Both the position numbers and the translations under genes were made by a program. Shown here piece after piece: positions 28,223 to 38,302 of a stretch of 64,000 nt of DNA. Origin of the DNA: a bacterium (lineage in GTDB: Bacteria; Patescibacteriota; Minisyncoccia; Phycocordibacterales; CAIZIN01); assembly GCA_037131675.1 (NCBI GenBank), contig JBAXQO010000003.1, positions 2,487-66,486 on the forward strand, given 5' to 3'. Below the pieces are notes generated by a model, which saw nothing but the letters and a program-made list of their open reading frames with translations, searched no databases and was not told where the DNA came from. Every line of letters begins with the position of its first letter. Position 1 is the stretch's first letter.

Positions 28223-28448
28223 CAAAATATCAGTGGACATAGTGCGTGAAAGTTGGAACCAACTATATCCTTGGATATTTGAAGCGTCTCAGGCGATTGT
28301 AGGGCAGGGGCGTGTTGAAAATGTTTATGTTTAGAGCAATATCAGAATATATCAGTATCACAAGAAGGGAATTGAATTAGTGAAAAGGAGTTCTGTGTGA
28401 ATATCTACAAATTGACTTTTAATAAGCTTGGAGTAAAGTAAATTCTTT

Positions 28449-28985
28449 ATGAATCCTGACGAAAAAATATTGGAAGCTAAAGATATGAGAAATATAATCC
28501 ATGAAAGAGGGTTGTATTCTGAGGAACGAGCAAACGAAGCCTCTATTGAATTTATTAGACTCGAGGTTCAAATCGCAACACTTCTACTTGGTTTAACTGG
28601 CGTGTTTTGGAATCTTTACTCCTCAAACTTGAAGGGGGTTGCTATTGCTTCAACTGCAGCAATAATTTTGATAAAAATAGCCTTTTCTTTCATATTGTTT
28701 TTTCTTGTAGGTTCTCTTTCGGTAGGTTTAATTCAATTGAAAAGGGTTGAGAAGTTTTGGGACGGAGTATCTTTGACTCGCACAGTTAGATTTAATAAAT
28801 GGCATGATGTTATAGCGAAAAAAACTACTTTTGAAGAGGCTCACGCATATCATGAAGGAACCAAAATAGAAGGAGGAGCTATGATTCAAACACCAAAATG
28901 GCCTTGGATACTTCAGAGTGTTTTTCTAGGGATTTCTATAACTTTAATATTTGGTATAGCGATAGCATTTGTTGTTGTGAGTTAA
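28449..28985 (+). CDS. Hypothetical membrane protein (island cargo)
   Basis: 178 aa with 3-4 predicted TM helices. Confidence 0.5.
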   Translation: MNPDEKILEAKDMRNIIHERGLYSEERANEASIEFIRLEVQIATLLLGLTGVFWNLYSSNLKGVAIASTAAIILIKIAFSFILFFLVGSLSVGLIQLKRVEKFWDGVSLTRTVRFNKWHDVIAKKTTFEEAHAYHEGTKIEGGAMIQTPKWPWILQSVFLGISITLIFGIAIAFVVVS

Positions 28986-29142
28986 GACATACGTGGTAAA
29001 ATAAATGAAGGTTATTAATTAATCTTAGTAATCAAAAATATGAAAATATCTGGAACATCTTCAACTATTTAAGAAACAGCTCCCATCAGGGAGTTGTTTT
29101 ATAATGGTGGCAAAAACAAATTTTAAATAAGCTTTTACTCAA

Positions 29143-29706
29143 ATGATTTCAGAACTCGATTTTAAAAATGAATTGATACGCAAATTGAGTGTCGAAAAAG
29201 GATGGATTGATGGTGATAAAGAAATTTCAGATGGTAAAAAAGTTGATATTTTGAATCACAGAAAAAAGGTTGCGATTGAGGTCAAAGATGACACAGTCCA
29301 TAAATCAGAAATGCCCTCTCCAGAAAGACCAATAATATGTACCACGACGGATATAGGAAGGATGAATAAGATATTGTCCGACCATATTAAAAAAGCCAGA
29401 ATAAAGTTTAAAAAATATTCTGACTATAAAACAATTTTATTGATTAGGACTGAACATAGAATTATGGATACTGTGAGATATGCAATTGATGGCTTACATA
29501 CTTACACTCAAACTTCTTATATTGGTAGGAGAGGAAAATATAGTGAGCACACACGAGAGAACATTGGGTGTTATATCATATGTGATTCTGATGGAGGTCT
29601 TCATTACATACCAAATCCTCATTGTAAGTTTTCAGAGAATTTAGTTTCAAAAAGAGAAGCTGAGGATATACTGGAACAGTCTCTTGATGAAATTCGTGAG
29701 GTTTAA
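29143..29706 (+). CDS. Hypothetical protein, possible PD-(D/E)XK-type nuclease fold
   Basis: KKVDILNHRKKVAIEVKDD gives a D...E-V-K spacing like PD-(D/E)XK; weak. Confidence 0.35.
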   Translation: MISELDFKNELIRKLSVEKGWIDGDKEISDGKKVDILNHRKKVAIEVKDDTVHKSEMPSPERPIICTTTDIGRMNKILSDHIKKARIKFKKYSDYKTILLIRTEHRIMDTVRYAIDGLHTYTQTSYIGRRGKYSEHTRENIGCYIICDSDGGLHYIPNPHCKFSENLVSKREAEDILEQSLDEIREV

Positions 29707-30003
29707 AACGGATACTGATGAACAGTTCAATAACAGTTAAAATACGCTGAGGAACAGCCTAAAAACAGCGTAGCAAAGTCGGATAGATTTTTGGGAAGAA
29801 GTGTATTAAAATATGAAGACAACTTAATAATGTTAGAAGTAGCCTAAACCAGTGAGAAATTGCTGGCATGGTGAAGAAAGACCAGTAACGATTAAAGAAC
29901 CCATCATATGGGGCGTCGTTACTGGCCTTACTGGGAAACTGGTAAGGAGGGCGAAAGCTCTCACCTATGTGGTGGGCTTTTTGCTATCTTAATTTAAAAA
30001 ACT

Positions 30004-30618
30004 ATGTTTAATTTTTTTCATAAATTAGGTATTGGAATTGTATCGGCGTTTGTTGCATTTACAGGGTCCTTCCATACAGCTCCTATTGCTGTAACCCAAA
30101 CTGGAACATCCAGTGCTTCAGAAATCGTAGATACTTCTTCTGTTGTCTCTCATGTTCAAAAAGAGGAAACTAAAAAGTCAGCTGCTATAGACAATTCAGC
30201 AGAGATACAAGCACAGGTTCAATTGCAATTAAAAGCTAAAGCAGAACAAGATGCTTTGATTGCAAAACAAAAAGCTGATGAACAAGCTAAGTTGGATGCG
30301 CAAAAAGCTGAAGCGGATAGGGTGGCTCGAATCAACACAATAAAAGCACAGCAAGCCATAGACAGAGCAAATGAAGATGCAAGAAACGCACAGGCTCAAA
30401 TTGACTCACAAAGACAGGCAAAGCAAGAAAAGCTAGATGCTGTTAATTTAAAAATTGCCAATCTAAATGCTAAATATGCTGCAGACATTAAAGCAGCAAG
30501 AAGTGGAGGTGCTACATTGGAGCAGTCAGATGCTTTTGTAAGAGATTTGAATAGTCGTTACACAGCAGATTACGATGCATTACAAGCTGAGTATCAGCAG
30601 ATTCAGTACAGTAATTAA
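30004..30618 (+). CDS. Secreted or membrane-anchored Ala/Gln/Lys-rich coiled-coil protein
   Basis: N-terminal hydrophobic segment then a long AQ/K-rich low-complexity helix. Confidence 0.5.
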   Translation: MFNFFHKLGIGIVSAFVAFTGSFHTAPIAVTQTGTSSASEIVDTSSVVSHVQKEETKKSAAIDNSAEIQAQVQLQLKAKAEQDALIAKQKADEQAKLDAQKAEADRVARINTIKAQQAIDRANEDARNAQAQIDSQRQAKQEKLDAVNLKIANLNAKYAADIKAARSGGATLEQSDAFVRDLNSRYTADYDALQAEYQQIQYSN

Positions 30619-30623
30619 ATAAG

Positions 30624-31313
30624 ATGGACCAAGCTGAAACAAAAAAAGAAAACCAGCTTTTAAAAAAACTTGAACCGTTGCTGTGGTTTTTCGGTAGGAC
30701 TATAACTTACATTGTTGTTTGGGTTATTTTAAATAGTTGGCTCAACCCAGACACAGCAAATGTTTCTCTGGGTATGCTTACCTTCAATCAATTGTTGTCT
30801 ACGGTATCTTTTTACATAGCTTCTATTTGGTTGATAGTGAAATATTCAAATGGGTTTAGTAAATACTCTGATACAAAAGAGATGTGGTCGAGTGTTGGTT
30901 ACTTGGCTATCATAGGGGTTGTTGTTCTGGTTGGGTATGTTTATTCTTCGGAAAATCCACAAAATAAATATCCTCAAACAGTTGTTCCAGCAAATTCTGG
31001 ATTTCAGAATGTTGCTAAGGACACGCTTGAAAAAACACCCGAACCTGCAAAGACTAAAATGGAACCTAACCAGATACCAGTTCAGGTGATGAAAGTAAAT
31101 AATGGGTTTGCGCTAAAGATACCAAATACGATTTCATCAACTTGTGTTTGGAATTACAATGGGGGAAGCGCTGTTATACCGTACACAAAAACAACACATG
31201 TTGATGACTCAACAGCGTTTCATTATTTGATTCTTGATGGTGACTATTATGATTTTAAAGTTTCTTGCGCTGACAGCTTTGGTAATTCCTACGGCGGAAT
31301 CTTTCCGCAATAA
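30624..31313 (+). CDS. Hypothetical membrane protein with a C-terminal extracytoplasmic domain
   Basis: 229 aa; 3 TM helices then a soluble domain. Confidence 0.5.
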   Translation: MDQAETKKENQLLKKLEPLLWFFGRTITYIVVWVILNSWLNPDTANVSLGMLTFNQLLSTVSFYIASIWLIVKYSNGFSKYSDTKEMWSSVGYLAIIGVVVLVGYVYSSENPQNKYPQTVVPANSGFQNVAKDTLEKTPEPAKTKMEPNQIPVQVMKVNNGFALKIPNTISSTCVWNYNGGSAVIPYTKTTHVDDSTAFHYLILDGDYYDFKVSCADSFGNSYGGIFPQ

Positions 31314-31450
31314 TCACTGAGGGTGTTTGTTTTTATGGTTGTGTCGTGTTATAATTCTGGTAAAGAAGGCATCTAGTTTTTTAAAAACACAGTTTCTATT
31401 TAGCGCTCGGAGACGGTTAATACAAATTACCCTTACCTAAGAGCACTGAA

Positions 31451-31774
31451 ATGGTTTACAAAAACCATCTTAGTGTCTTTTTCGTTTGGAATAAAAAAGA
31501 AGGCACAAAAGATGCCTTCTTTTTTATTTGTATTAACCACATAAAAATGCGCTCTATAAAAGCAAGTTATAAAGCTGTGCAAGATAAGAATCCACATCTG
31601 GGTGATTATCTTTGTTTGGCAAAGGCAGTGAGAGGGAAGAAGTATTCAAGAAAGAATCTGGTAAAAGCATTCAAAGATTTGATTGCAAATGAGGACTATA
31701 TAAAAAACGAAACTAAAGAGCTCGTTAGTTATTTAGAGTATCTCACAAATACCCCTGAGGAGGTCGAAAACTAA
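31451..31774 (+). CDS. Hypothetical small protein upstream of the recombinase
   Basis: 107-aa ORF; no recognisable family. Confidence 0.3.
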   Translation: MVYKNHLSVFFVWNKKEGTKDAFFFICINHIKMRSIKASYKAVQDKNPHLGDYLCLAKAVRGKKYSRKNLVKAFKDLIANEDYIKNETKELVSYLEYLTNTPEEVEN

Positions 31775-31955
31775 GGCATATTTCGTCTAAGAGGCCATTT
31801 AAAATCAAAATGTTAAGCATAGAGCGTTGCAAAGAAATACTTGGGAATAAAACGATTTCTGATACCGAAATTGAAAAACTTCGGGAGGCGCTTTATGCTG
31901 TGGTCGAAAATGTTGTAGACGATTACGTTTACAGTTGTGTTAATATTCAATCAAC

Positions 31956-33524
31956 ATGCAAAAAGCAATTATCTATTGCAGAGTTTCCTCAGAGCGTCAG
32001 AAAATAGAAGGACACGGTTTAGAAAGCCAAGAACATCGATGTCGCGACCTCGCCTTTCAAAAAGGATATGAAGTTGAAAGAGTCTTCAGGGATAGTTTTT
32101 CTGGGGGAGGAGATTACACCAAAAGGCCAGCTATGTCTGAGCTACTTGCCTATATGGACTCCAAGCCATTCAACAGCTATATGGTTATCTTTGATGACTT
32201 AAAGCGACTAGCCAGAGATACAGAGCAGTATATAAAGCTTAAGAGAGCATTGGAGTTACGTCGAGCAAAAGTTGAATGTCCGAATTTTGTTTTTACGGAC
32301 TCTCCTGAAGGGCAGTATGTTGAAACAATAATGGCGGCAACCGCTCAACTTGAACGTGAACAGAATCGAAGACAGGTTATGCAGAAAATGAAAGCAAGGT
32401 TGGAGTTAGGTTATTGGTGTTTTCCAGATGTTCCTGAGGGGTATAAATTCACAAAGGACCCAGTGCACGGGAAGTTGCCAATACTTGTTCTAGAAAAAGC
32501 TTCCATAGTAAAGGAAGCCCTTGAGGGTTTTGCTACAGGTCGGTTTATTGAACAAGAGGACGTTAGAAGATTTCTTCAAGAAAAAAATATCTTGAATGGA
32601 AAACCTGTTTATCTTGAATATGTGAAAAGGATGCTAACAAGAGTATTTTACGCAGGGTACGTTGAATATGCTCCTTGGGAAGTCGCTAGAAGGCAGTCTA
32701 AGCATGAACCGCTAATTGATTTGGTAACCTTTGAAAAGATACAGACCAAGCTCAGAAGTAAAACAACTACTCACACAAAGAAAGTTATTAATGAGGATTT
32801 TCCTTTAAGGGGCTTTGTTCTTTGTGGTGACTGCAAACAGCCTGTTACAGCGAGTTGGAGTAAGGGAAGGAATGGAAAGTTTCCTTATTACCGATGCAAG
32901 ACAAAGGGGTGTTCTGAAAGAAATAAAAGTATACGTAAGAAAACTATTGAAGAAGAGTTTTCCGACATTATAGGAAAGATAAAACCAAGCGAGGAGGTTC
33001 TGAATCTGACTAAAGAAATAGTTGGAGATGTTTGGAGAAAAAGAGAATCTGATTTGGTTATCGGAAAATATCGGTCTGAAACGGAGATAGAAAACCTAGT
33101 AAAAGAGAAGGATAGGTTTTTGGAGTTGTTATCTAGAGCAACTGACAACAATGTGATTTCTGCTTACGAAGAGAAGGTTGCAAAAATATCTGAAAAAGTT
33201 TTGGTTCTAAAAGATTCCTTGATGTCATACGACAAACATAAACCAAACATTGAAACCGCTTTGGATATTGTTTTTGATTTTCTTAAAAACCCTTTAAAAC
33301 AATGGGAGAAGGAAAATATTCACACGAAAAGATTGGTTCTAAAGTTGGTCTTCGAGAAGAATTTGGAATATAACAAAAATAGCGGGTTTGAAACCGCTAT
33401 TCTGTCGCTCCCCTTAAGGGTATTTACCCTCCCAGAGGCTCAAAAATCGTCGCTAGTGGAGATGCGCGGAATCGAACCGCGGTGCAAAAGATTTTTCTCA
33501 ATGAGTCTACAAGGTTTATCGTGA
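31956..33524 (+). CDS. Large serine recombinase (integrase); the annotated 3' end reads through into the ssrA 3' region
   Basis: N-terminal resolvase catalytic motif IYCRVSSERQ; recombinase domain; zinc ribbon CGDCKQ...YYRCKTKGC; coiled-coil region; last ~23 codons overlap the tmRNA 3' end. Confidence 0.8.
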   Translation: MQKAIIYCRVSSERQKIEGHGLESQEHRCRDLAFQKGYEVERVFRDSFSGGGDYTKRPAMSELLAYMDSKPFNSYMVIFDDLKRLARDTEQYIKLKRALELRRAKVECPNFVFTDSPEGQYVETIMAATAQLEREQNRRQVMQKMKARLELGYWCFPDVPEGYKFTKDPVHGKLPILVLEKASIVKEALEGFATGRFIEQEDVRRFLQEKNILNGKPVYLEYVKRMLTRVFYAGYVEYAPWEVARRQSKHEPLIDLVTFEKIQTKLRSKTTTHTKKVINEDFPLRGFVLCGDCKQPVTASWSKGRNGKFPYYRCKTKGCSERNKSIRKKTIEEEFSDIIGKIKPSEEVLNLTKEIVGDVWRKRESDLVIGKYRSETEIENLVKEKDRFLELLSRATDNNVISAYEEKVAKISEKVLVLKDSLMSYDKHKPNIETALDIVFDFLKNPLKQWEKENIHTKRLVLKLVFEKNLEYNKNSGFETAILSLPLRVFTLPEAQKSSLVEMRGIEPRCKRFFSMSLQGLS

Positions 33525-33838
33525 TTCGGATGTTTTAGGTTGATAATGCTCTACATCACGCGACATGCATTATCCGCCGATCTCTTATTTTAGTTTAAGC
33601 TCTTCAAAAGAGAAGTGAAGTGCCGAGTCTCACATTATTACACCAATCGTTTTCCGTGAGGCATTGAAAACGTTGACGTCGTTTTAGCTTACGCTAGAGC
33701 GAATTGAAGATCTGCCACACTGTAGTATGGAGATTTCACTGCTGTTTTTGCAGTTAGGGTTTGTGACCTTTTAAAGAGTTATCACAGCTCTACCTTGCAC
33801 AAAGAAAAAAGGTTCCTTTGTCTATGCCGATCATCCCC
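33457..33838 (-). ncRNA. ssrA: tmRNA (ssrA), ~382 nt
   Basis: 5' GGGGAUGAUCGG... pairs with 3' ...CAUCUCC-A, giving G1-C72, G2-C71, G3.U70 and A73 (Ala identity elements); T-arm GCGGUUCGAUUCCGCG; internal tag frame GCA GAU CUU CAA UUC GCU CUA GCG UAA (ADLQFALA*); smpB lies immediately upstream. Confidence 0.8.
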
Positions 33839-33842
33839 AATA

Positions 33843-34283
33843 TTATCGTTTCAAAGTTCTACCAAGCTCACGCTCTGTGTCTCGCTTTTTTATTGTCTGG
33901 CGTTTGTCGAATTTCTTTTTGCCACGACCAATTGCGATTTCAAGCTTAAGCTTTCGTCCTTTATTATACAACGAAACAGGCACAATAGTCAAACCCTTTT
34001 CAGAGGTTTTTCTTTCAATTTCATAGATCTCCTTTTTGGTGATTATGAGTTTTCTTGTACGAAGTGGTTGGTATTCTGTAGTGAGGTTGTTGGGCTGGTA
34101 TGGACGTATTTCAAAACCTACAATAAATGCTTCGCCACCACGGAGGAGTATGTGAGCGCCAGCCAGTTCACCTTGCTTGTTTCTCAGACTTTTTACTTCA
34201 GTCCCTGTAAGCTCAATACCGACCTCATATTTATCTATGATTTCGTAGTCAAATGTTGCTTTTTTGTTGAAAATAAGAGACAC
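33843..34283 (-). CDS. smpB: SsrA-binding protein SmpB
   Basis: NKKATFDYEIIDKYEVGIELTGTEVKSLR...GKKKFDKR; probable GTG start at 34283 (the track ORF extends to 34367). Confidence 0.85.
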   Translation of the reverse strand: MSLIFNKKATFDYEIIDKYEVGIELTGTEVKSLRNKQGELAGAHILLRGGEAFIVGFEIRPYQPNNLTTEYQPLRTRKLIITKKEIYEIERKTSEKGLTIVPVSLYNKGRKLKLEIAIGRGKKKFDKRQTIKKRDTERELGRTLKR

Positions 34284-34374
34284 AAAGAAAGTGTAACATG
34301 GAGTAGGGAGCTTGTAACGTGAAGAAATGGCCACATTGAGTCCTGTGTTTAATCTGTTATACTTCATAATATAT

Positions 34375-36324
34375 ATGGTAAATAAACCTCAACAGCCTAA
34401 TAAAAAATCACCTCTTAGCAAAGTTCCTAAACCAGGGAAGGGTTTTGCTTCAAATTTAATAACCCTCGTGCTTATATTTCTTTTTATTGGTGCTCTATAT
34501 TCATATATAAGTGAATCAAACAAGAGTAATCCTCAAATACCTATCTCACAGCTTGCGCAGGATATAACTAACGGCAAGATAGCTTCTATTACTGTCTCTG
34601 GTGATGAGGTTCAAGCTACATACAAAGCTGAACAGGGAAAGACAGCAGAAACAAAAAAATCAAAAAAGGAGACGGGAGTAGCGATTACTGAAACTTTGGC
34701 AAAATATGGAATCGCCTCGAGTACACTTCAGTCGGTATCTATAGATGTTAAAGACGAAACAGGATTTATGTATTGGTTTATAACTCTTGCTCCGTTTCTA
34801 CTTCCTATTCTTTTTGTTATATTTTTTCTTTGGTATCTTTCAAGACAAGTAAAAGGTGCTGGTATGCAAGCTTTTACATTTGGTCAGTCAAAGGCAAGAA
34901 TTATTCCGCCAAATGATAAAGGTCAGAGAGTTACTTTCAAAGATGTTGCTGGAGCAAAAGAAGCCAAAGAAGAACTTAAAGAGATTGTGGAATTTTTGCG
35001 AAGTCCAAAGAAATTCTTTGATATCGGTGCAAGAATTCCAAAAGGTATTTTACTTATGGGTGCTCCTGGTACAGGAAAAACATTGCTTGCTCGTGCTGTG
35101 GCAGGGGAGGCAAATGTAGCATTCTTTTCTATTTCTGGTTCAGAATTTGTTGAGATGTTTGTTGGCGTAGGTGCTTCACGTGTACGAGATTTATTTTCGA
35201 TGGCAAAAGCTGCTTCACCTGCAATTATTTTTATTGATGAAATAGATGCTGTAGGACGTACTCGAGGTACTGGTATGGGTGGAGGTAATGATGAACGCGA
35301 ACAAACACTCAACCAGATACTTGTAGAGATGGATGGATTTGAACCAACAGAAAAAGTGATTGTTATGGCAGCAACAAACAGACCGGACGTTCTTGATCCA
35401 GCAATCTTGCGACCAGGAAGGTTCGACAGACGGGTGGTGATTGACTTGCCTGACAGGAGTGATCGTGAAGAAATTTTGAAAATTCATTCTAGAGGTAAAC
35501 CACTAGCTGAAGATGTAAATGTTTCTGTGCTTGCCGAACGCACACCTGGTTTTTCTGGAGCCGATTTATATTCTCTAATGAACGAAGGTGCAATTCTCGC
35601 TGCTCGAGAGGGTCGCACTAAAGTTGCTCAATTTGATTTGATTCGAGCTATTGAAAAAGTAATGCTCGGTCCAGAAAGAAAGAGTCATTTGCTTTCATTG
35701 AAAGAAAAAGAGATTACTGCATACCACGAAGCTGGTCACGCGCTCGTCGCGTCTGTACTTCCGTTTGCTGATCCTGTGCATAAAATTTCCATCATTTCTC
35801 GTGGACGTGCTGCAGGATACACACTCAAACTTCCTTTGGAGGATAGAAAACTTCAATCAAAAAATGAATTCATGGATGATATTGCAATGTCGCTTGGAGG
35901 ATATATTACAGAGAAAATGATATTCGGTGATGTGACAACTGGTCCATCAAATGATTTACAAGTATCGACAGCTCTTGCGCGAGATATGGTAACTCGTTAT
36001 GGAATGTCGGACAAGATTGGTGCGATGGCACTTGAGAGTGCTGGCGGTAAACCACTCTTTGGACAAGGAATGGAAGGAAAAGAATATTCTGAACAAATGG
36101 GCGCAGAGATTGATTCCGAAGTTACTTACATAATGAAAACTGCATACGGAAGAGCGGAAAAGATTTTAATTGAATACAAAGTAGTTCTTGATGCGATTGC
36201 AAAAAAACTGATAGAAGTTGAGACTATTGAAAGGGAAGAGTACGAAGCCTTGATTTCTGCTCATGGAATACCTCTTAAGAAAAAGAAAACTATTGAATCA
36301 GATGTTTTAGAAGTGGTTGGGTAA
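34375..36324 (+). CDS. ftsH: ATP-dependent zinc metalloprotease FtsH
   Basis: Walker [19 protein letters not shown]; zinc motif HEAGHAL; N-terminal TM helices; ATG at 34375 preferred over the track start at 34327. Confidence 0.95.
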   Translation: MVNKPQQPNKKSPLSKVPKPGKGFASNLITLVLIFLFIGALYSYISESNKSNPQIPISQLAQDITNGKIASITVSGDEVQATYKAEQGKTAETKKSKKETGVAITETLAKYGIASSTLQSVSIDVKDETGFMYWFITLAPFLLPILFVIFFLWYLSRQVKGAGMQAFTFGQSKARIIPPNDKGQRVTFKDVAGAKEAKEELKEIVEFLRSPKKFFDIGARIPKGILLMGAPGTGKTLLARAVAGEANVAFFSISGSEFVEMFVGVGASRVRDLFSMAKAASPAIIFIDEIDAVGRTRGTGMGGGNDEREQTLNQILVEMDGFEPTEKVIVMAATNRPDVLDPAILRPGRFDRRVVIDLPDRSDREEILKIHSRGKPLAEDVNVSVLAERTPGFSGADLYSLMNEGAILAAREGRTKVAQFDLIRAIEKVMLGPERKSHLLSLKEKEITAYHEAGHALVASVLPFADPVHKISIISRGRAAGYTLKLPLEDRKLQSKNEFMDDIAMSLGGYITEKMIFGDVTTGPSNDLQVSTALARDMVTRYGMSDKIGAMALESAGGKPLFGQGMEGKEYSEQMGAEIDSEVTYIMKTAYGRAEKILIEYKVVLDAIAKKLIEVETIEREEYEALISAHGIPLKKKKTIESDVLEVVG

Positions 36325-36337
36325 TTCTAGAATTAAA

Positions 36338-36377
36338 ATAAAAAGCCTCTCACAAAATTGTGAGAGGCTTTTTTTAT
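36338..36377. terminator. Bidirectional terminator between ftsH and the MFS gene
   Basis: aaaagcctctcacaaaattgtgagaggcttttttt. Confidence 0.75.
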
Positions 36378-37678
36378 TACATCCACTCTCTATCTGTAAA
36401 ATATGAAAGTGCATGGATTTTTGGCGGTGTTACATTCTTTCTTACTTCTTTAATTTGATCTATAAAAAGATTTGTAATCAAAAAACGCAATATTCCAGAG
36501 AGTATAAAAATGAGGAAGAATGCATTAATAAATGTTGGTAAATGTATCCGAGTTATAATCAGTCCACCAATTGATGCTCCAATAAAGGCTCCAATTCCGC
36601 TTAATATATTGTGATATGTTACACAAATTGCTCTTCGTTCTGGAGTTACAGCATCGTAAATGAAATTGGATGCTGCAAGAGTAAAAGCTCCCCATCCTAG
36701 TCCAAAAAGAAGTTGTGGAATAAGAGCGAGATAAAATACATTGCTCGAAAAAATCCAGAAAATTGGTGCAGCTATAATAAGGATTGAGCCAATTCTTAAA
36801 AGCTCTTTATTTCCATAATGTTTTGAAAATTTACCCCAGACACCCATTGATATTGTGAGGAAAAGTCCAGATGCAAGACTTACGATTGAAAAAGAGATTG
36901 GATCAAATTTTAATTCTTTCCACATATACACTGCTAAATATGGATTTGCTATATTGATAGTAAATTGTATTGCTGCAACATAAAGGGAGAACTTTCCAAA
37001 GTTATTGAATGGAGCACTTCTCACAAAATCTAACAATGAAAAGTGATAATTGGGAGACATTGTAATCCCAGGGTCGTAATGTTTAGAAAGGAAGTATGCA
37101 GAAATAAGTCTAGATATGCCCGCAATAGAGAATAGAATTATGAAAGTACCAATAAAATTCCAATGCTTTCCATAATAAAGAGCTATTGAGGCCAATATGG
37201 AGGTGCTTAAACTGAAAATATTTGAAATTTTATTACGTCGAGAAAAATATGAATCACGAATATTTTGTGGTACCAAATCTCCCAAAAGAGAAAACCATGC
37301 TGGTCCACCAACAGCGCCGAAAGATGAATAAATAATATAAGAAAAAATAATTGCAGGAATTAAAAAGTTTGATGGGCCATTTTGAATGAACCACCATCCA
37401 ATATATGCAAAGACAAACCACATAGCCGCTTGAAATGGAACAGTGTAGGCAATAATTTTCCTTCGACTATATTTTTCTATAAGCTTGCTTCCGAGAAGTT
37501 GAGAAAGGGGAGAGAGCAAACTTCCTAAAGTGCCAAGAAGTCCTGCTTGCAGATCGCTAGCTTGGAGTTCTATAGCAAATGGCGTTATATAAGAGTCACC
37601 AGCACCTGACATTATGGAGGCTGTTGCTCCGTCAATAATGGAATATTTGCGAGATTTAGATTTTTGAGGATTGTCCAT
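36377..37678 (-). CDS. MFS-type transporter
   Basis: 433 aa; ~12 TM segments. Confidence 0.7.
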   Translation of the reverse strand: MDNPQKSKSRKYSIIDGATASIMSGAGDSYITPFAIELQASDLQAGLLGTLGSLLSPLSQLLGSKLIEKYSRRKIIAYTVPFQAAMWFVFAYIGWWFIQNGPSNFLIPAIIFSYIIYSSFGAVGGPAWFSLLGDLVPQNIRDSYFSRRNKISNIFSLSTSILASIALYYGKHWNFIGTFIILFSIAGISRLISAYFLSKHYDPGITMSPNYHFSLLDFVRSAPFNNFGKFSLYVAAIQFTINIANPYLAVYMWKELKFDPISFSIVSLASGLFLTISMGVWGKFSKHYGNKELLRIGSILIIAAPIFWIFSSNVFYLALIPQLLFGLGWGAFTLAASNFIYDAVTPERRAICVTYHNILSGIGAFIGASIGGLIITRIHLPTFINAFFLIFILSGILRFLITNLFIDQIKEVRKNVTPPKIHALSYFTDREWM

Positions 37679-37771
37679 TGAAGGTGTATTTTTACATGTT
37701 CTGATGAAATAATAAAGCCTTGTTTTCCAAGAAAAAACCGTCCAGGAAATTATGGACGGTTTGAAGGTTTT

Positions 37772-38302
37772 TTAGCCTTCGATTATGGTTCTGGCTGGTT
37801 GGTTTGTGATGAGTGGAGGAAACGCATGTTTGATTTCCTGGAGTTTCCCCCTCAATGCCTTCAGCTGTTTTTTTGTGGTTTTCAGAAAAACATATCCTTT
37901 GAGGTGGACACAAACCACAGTCATGTGATTCGGGTGTTTTCCTTTTTTCTGTTTAATATCGTCATAGCGGAAGGTGTCTCTGCATTTTGACACCACCACT
38001 ATGTAAAATGGGTCAGGACAGATTTGTACCCACCTTAGGACTCTTTGTCGATATTGTTCACTTCTTTTCTCGTGAACAACAGCTCCTCTTCCGAAGAGTT
38101 CGTATCCTCTTGTAAACTCAATGGGTAAAGTTTCCGATTTTAAATGTAGTGGAACGGTGGGAGGATTGAGTTCTGTTTCTTCCCAAGTTATTCCTCCTCC
38201 AAATATTTCTTCAACTGCATTTTTGAACGGTTTCCAAGATTTAATGTGCGTTTGTTTGGAATTTACTGCGACGGGTTTCTTGCATTTTCTAGAGGTGGTC
38301 AT
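37772..38302 (-). CDS. Hypothetical protein (176 aa), just downstream of the tRNA-Ile 3' end
   Basis: ORF with no recognisable family; flanked by 17-bp direct repeats and a GC-rich tract. Confidence 0.45.
   Translation of the reverse strand: MTTSRKCKKPVAVNSKQTHIKSWKPFKNAVEEIFGGGITWEETELNPPTVPLHLKSETLPIEFTRGYELFGRGAVVHEKRSEQYRQRVLRWVQICPDPFYIVVVSKCRDTFRYDDIKQKKGKHPNHMTVVCVHLKGYVFLKTTKKQLKALRGKLQEIKHAFPPLITNQPARTIIEG

Noticed and set aside
33455-33524. Last ~23 codons of the recombinase ORF (…LVEMRGIEPRCKRFFSMSLQGLS)
   Set aside because: This stretch is the tmRNA T-arm and acceptor read in a protein frame. The true recombinase C-terminus may lie just before or inside the att region, and I do not interpret this tail as a domain.
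33795-34322. Plus-strand 175-aa ORF in the six-frame track
   Set aside because: It lies entirely over the minus-strand tmRNA 5' half and smpB. Its sequence is low complexity with no homolog-like features, so I treat it as an artefact of the open frame.
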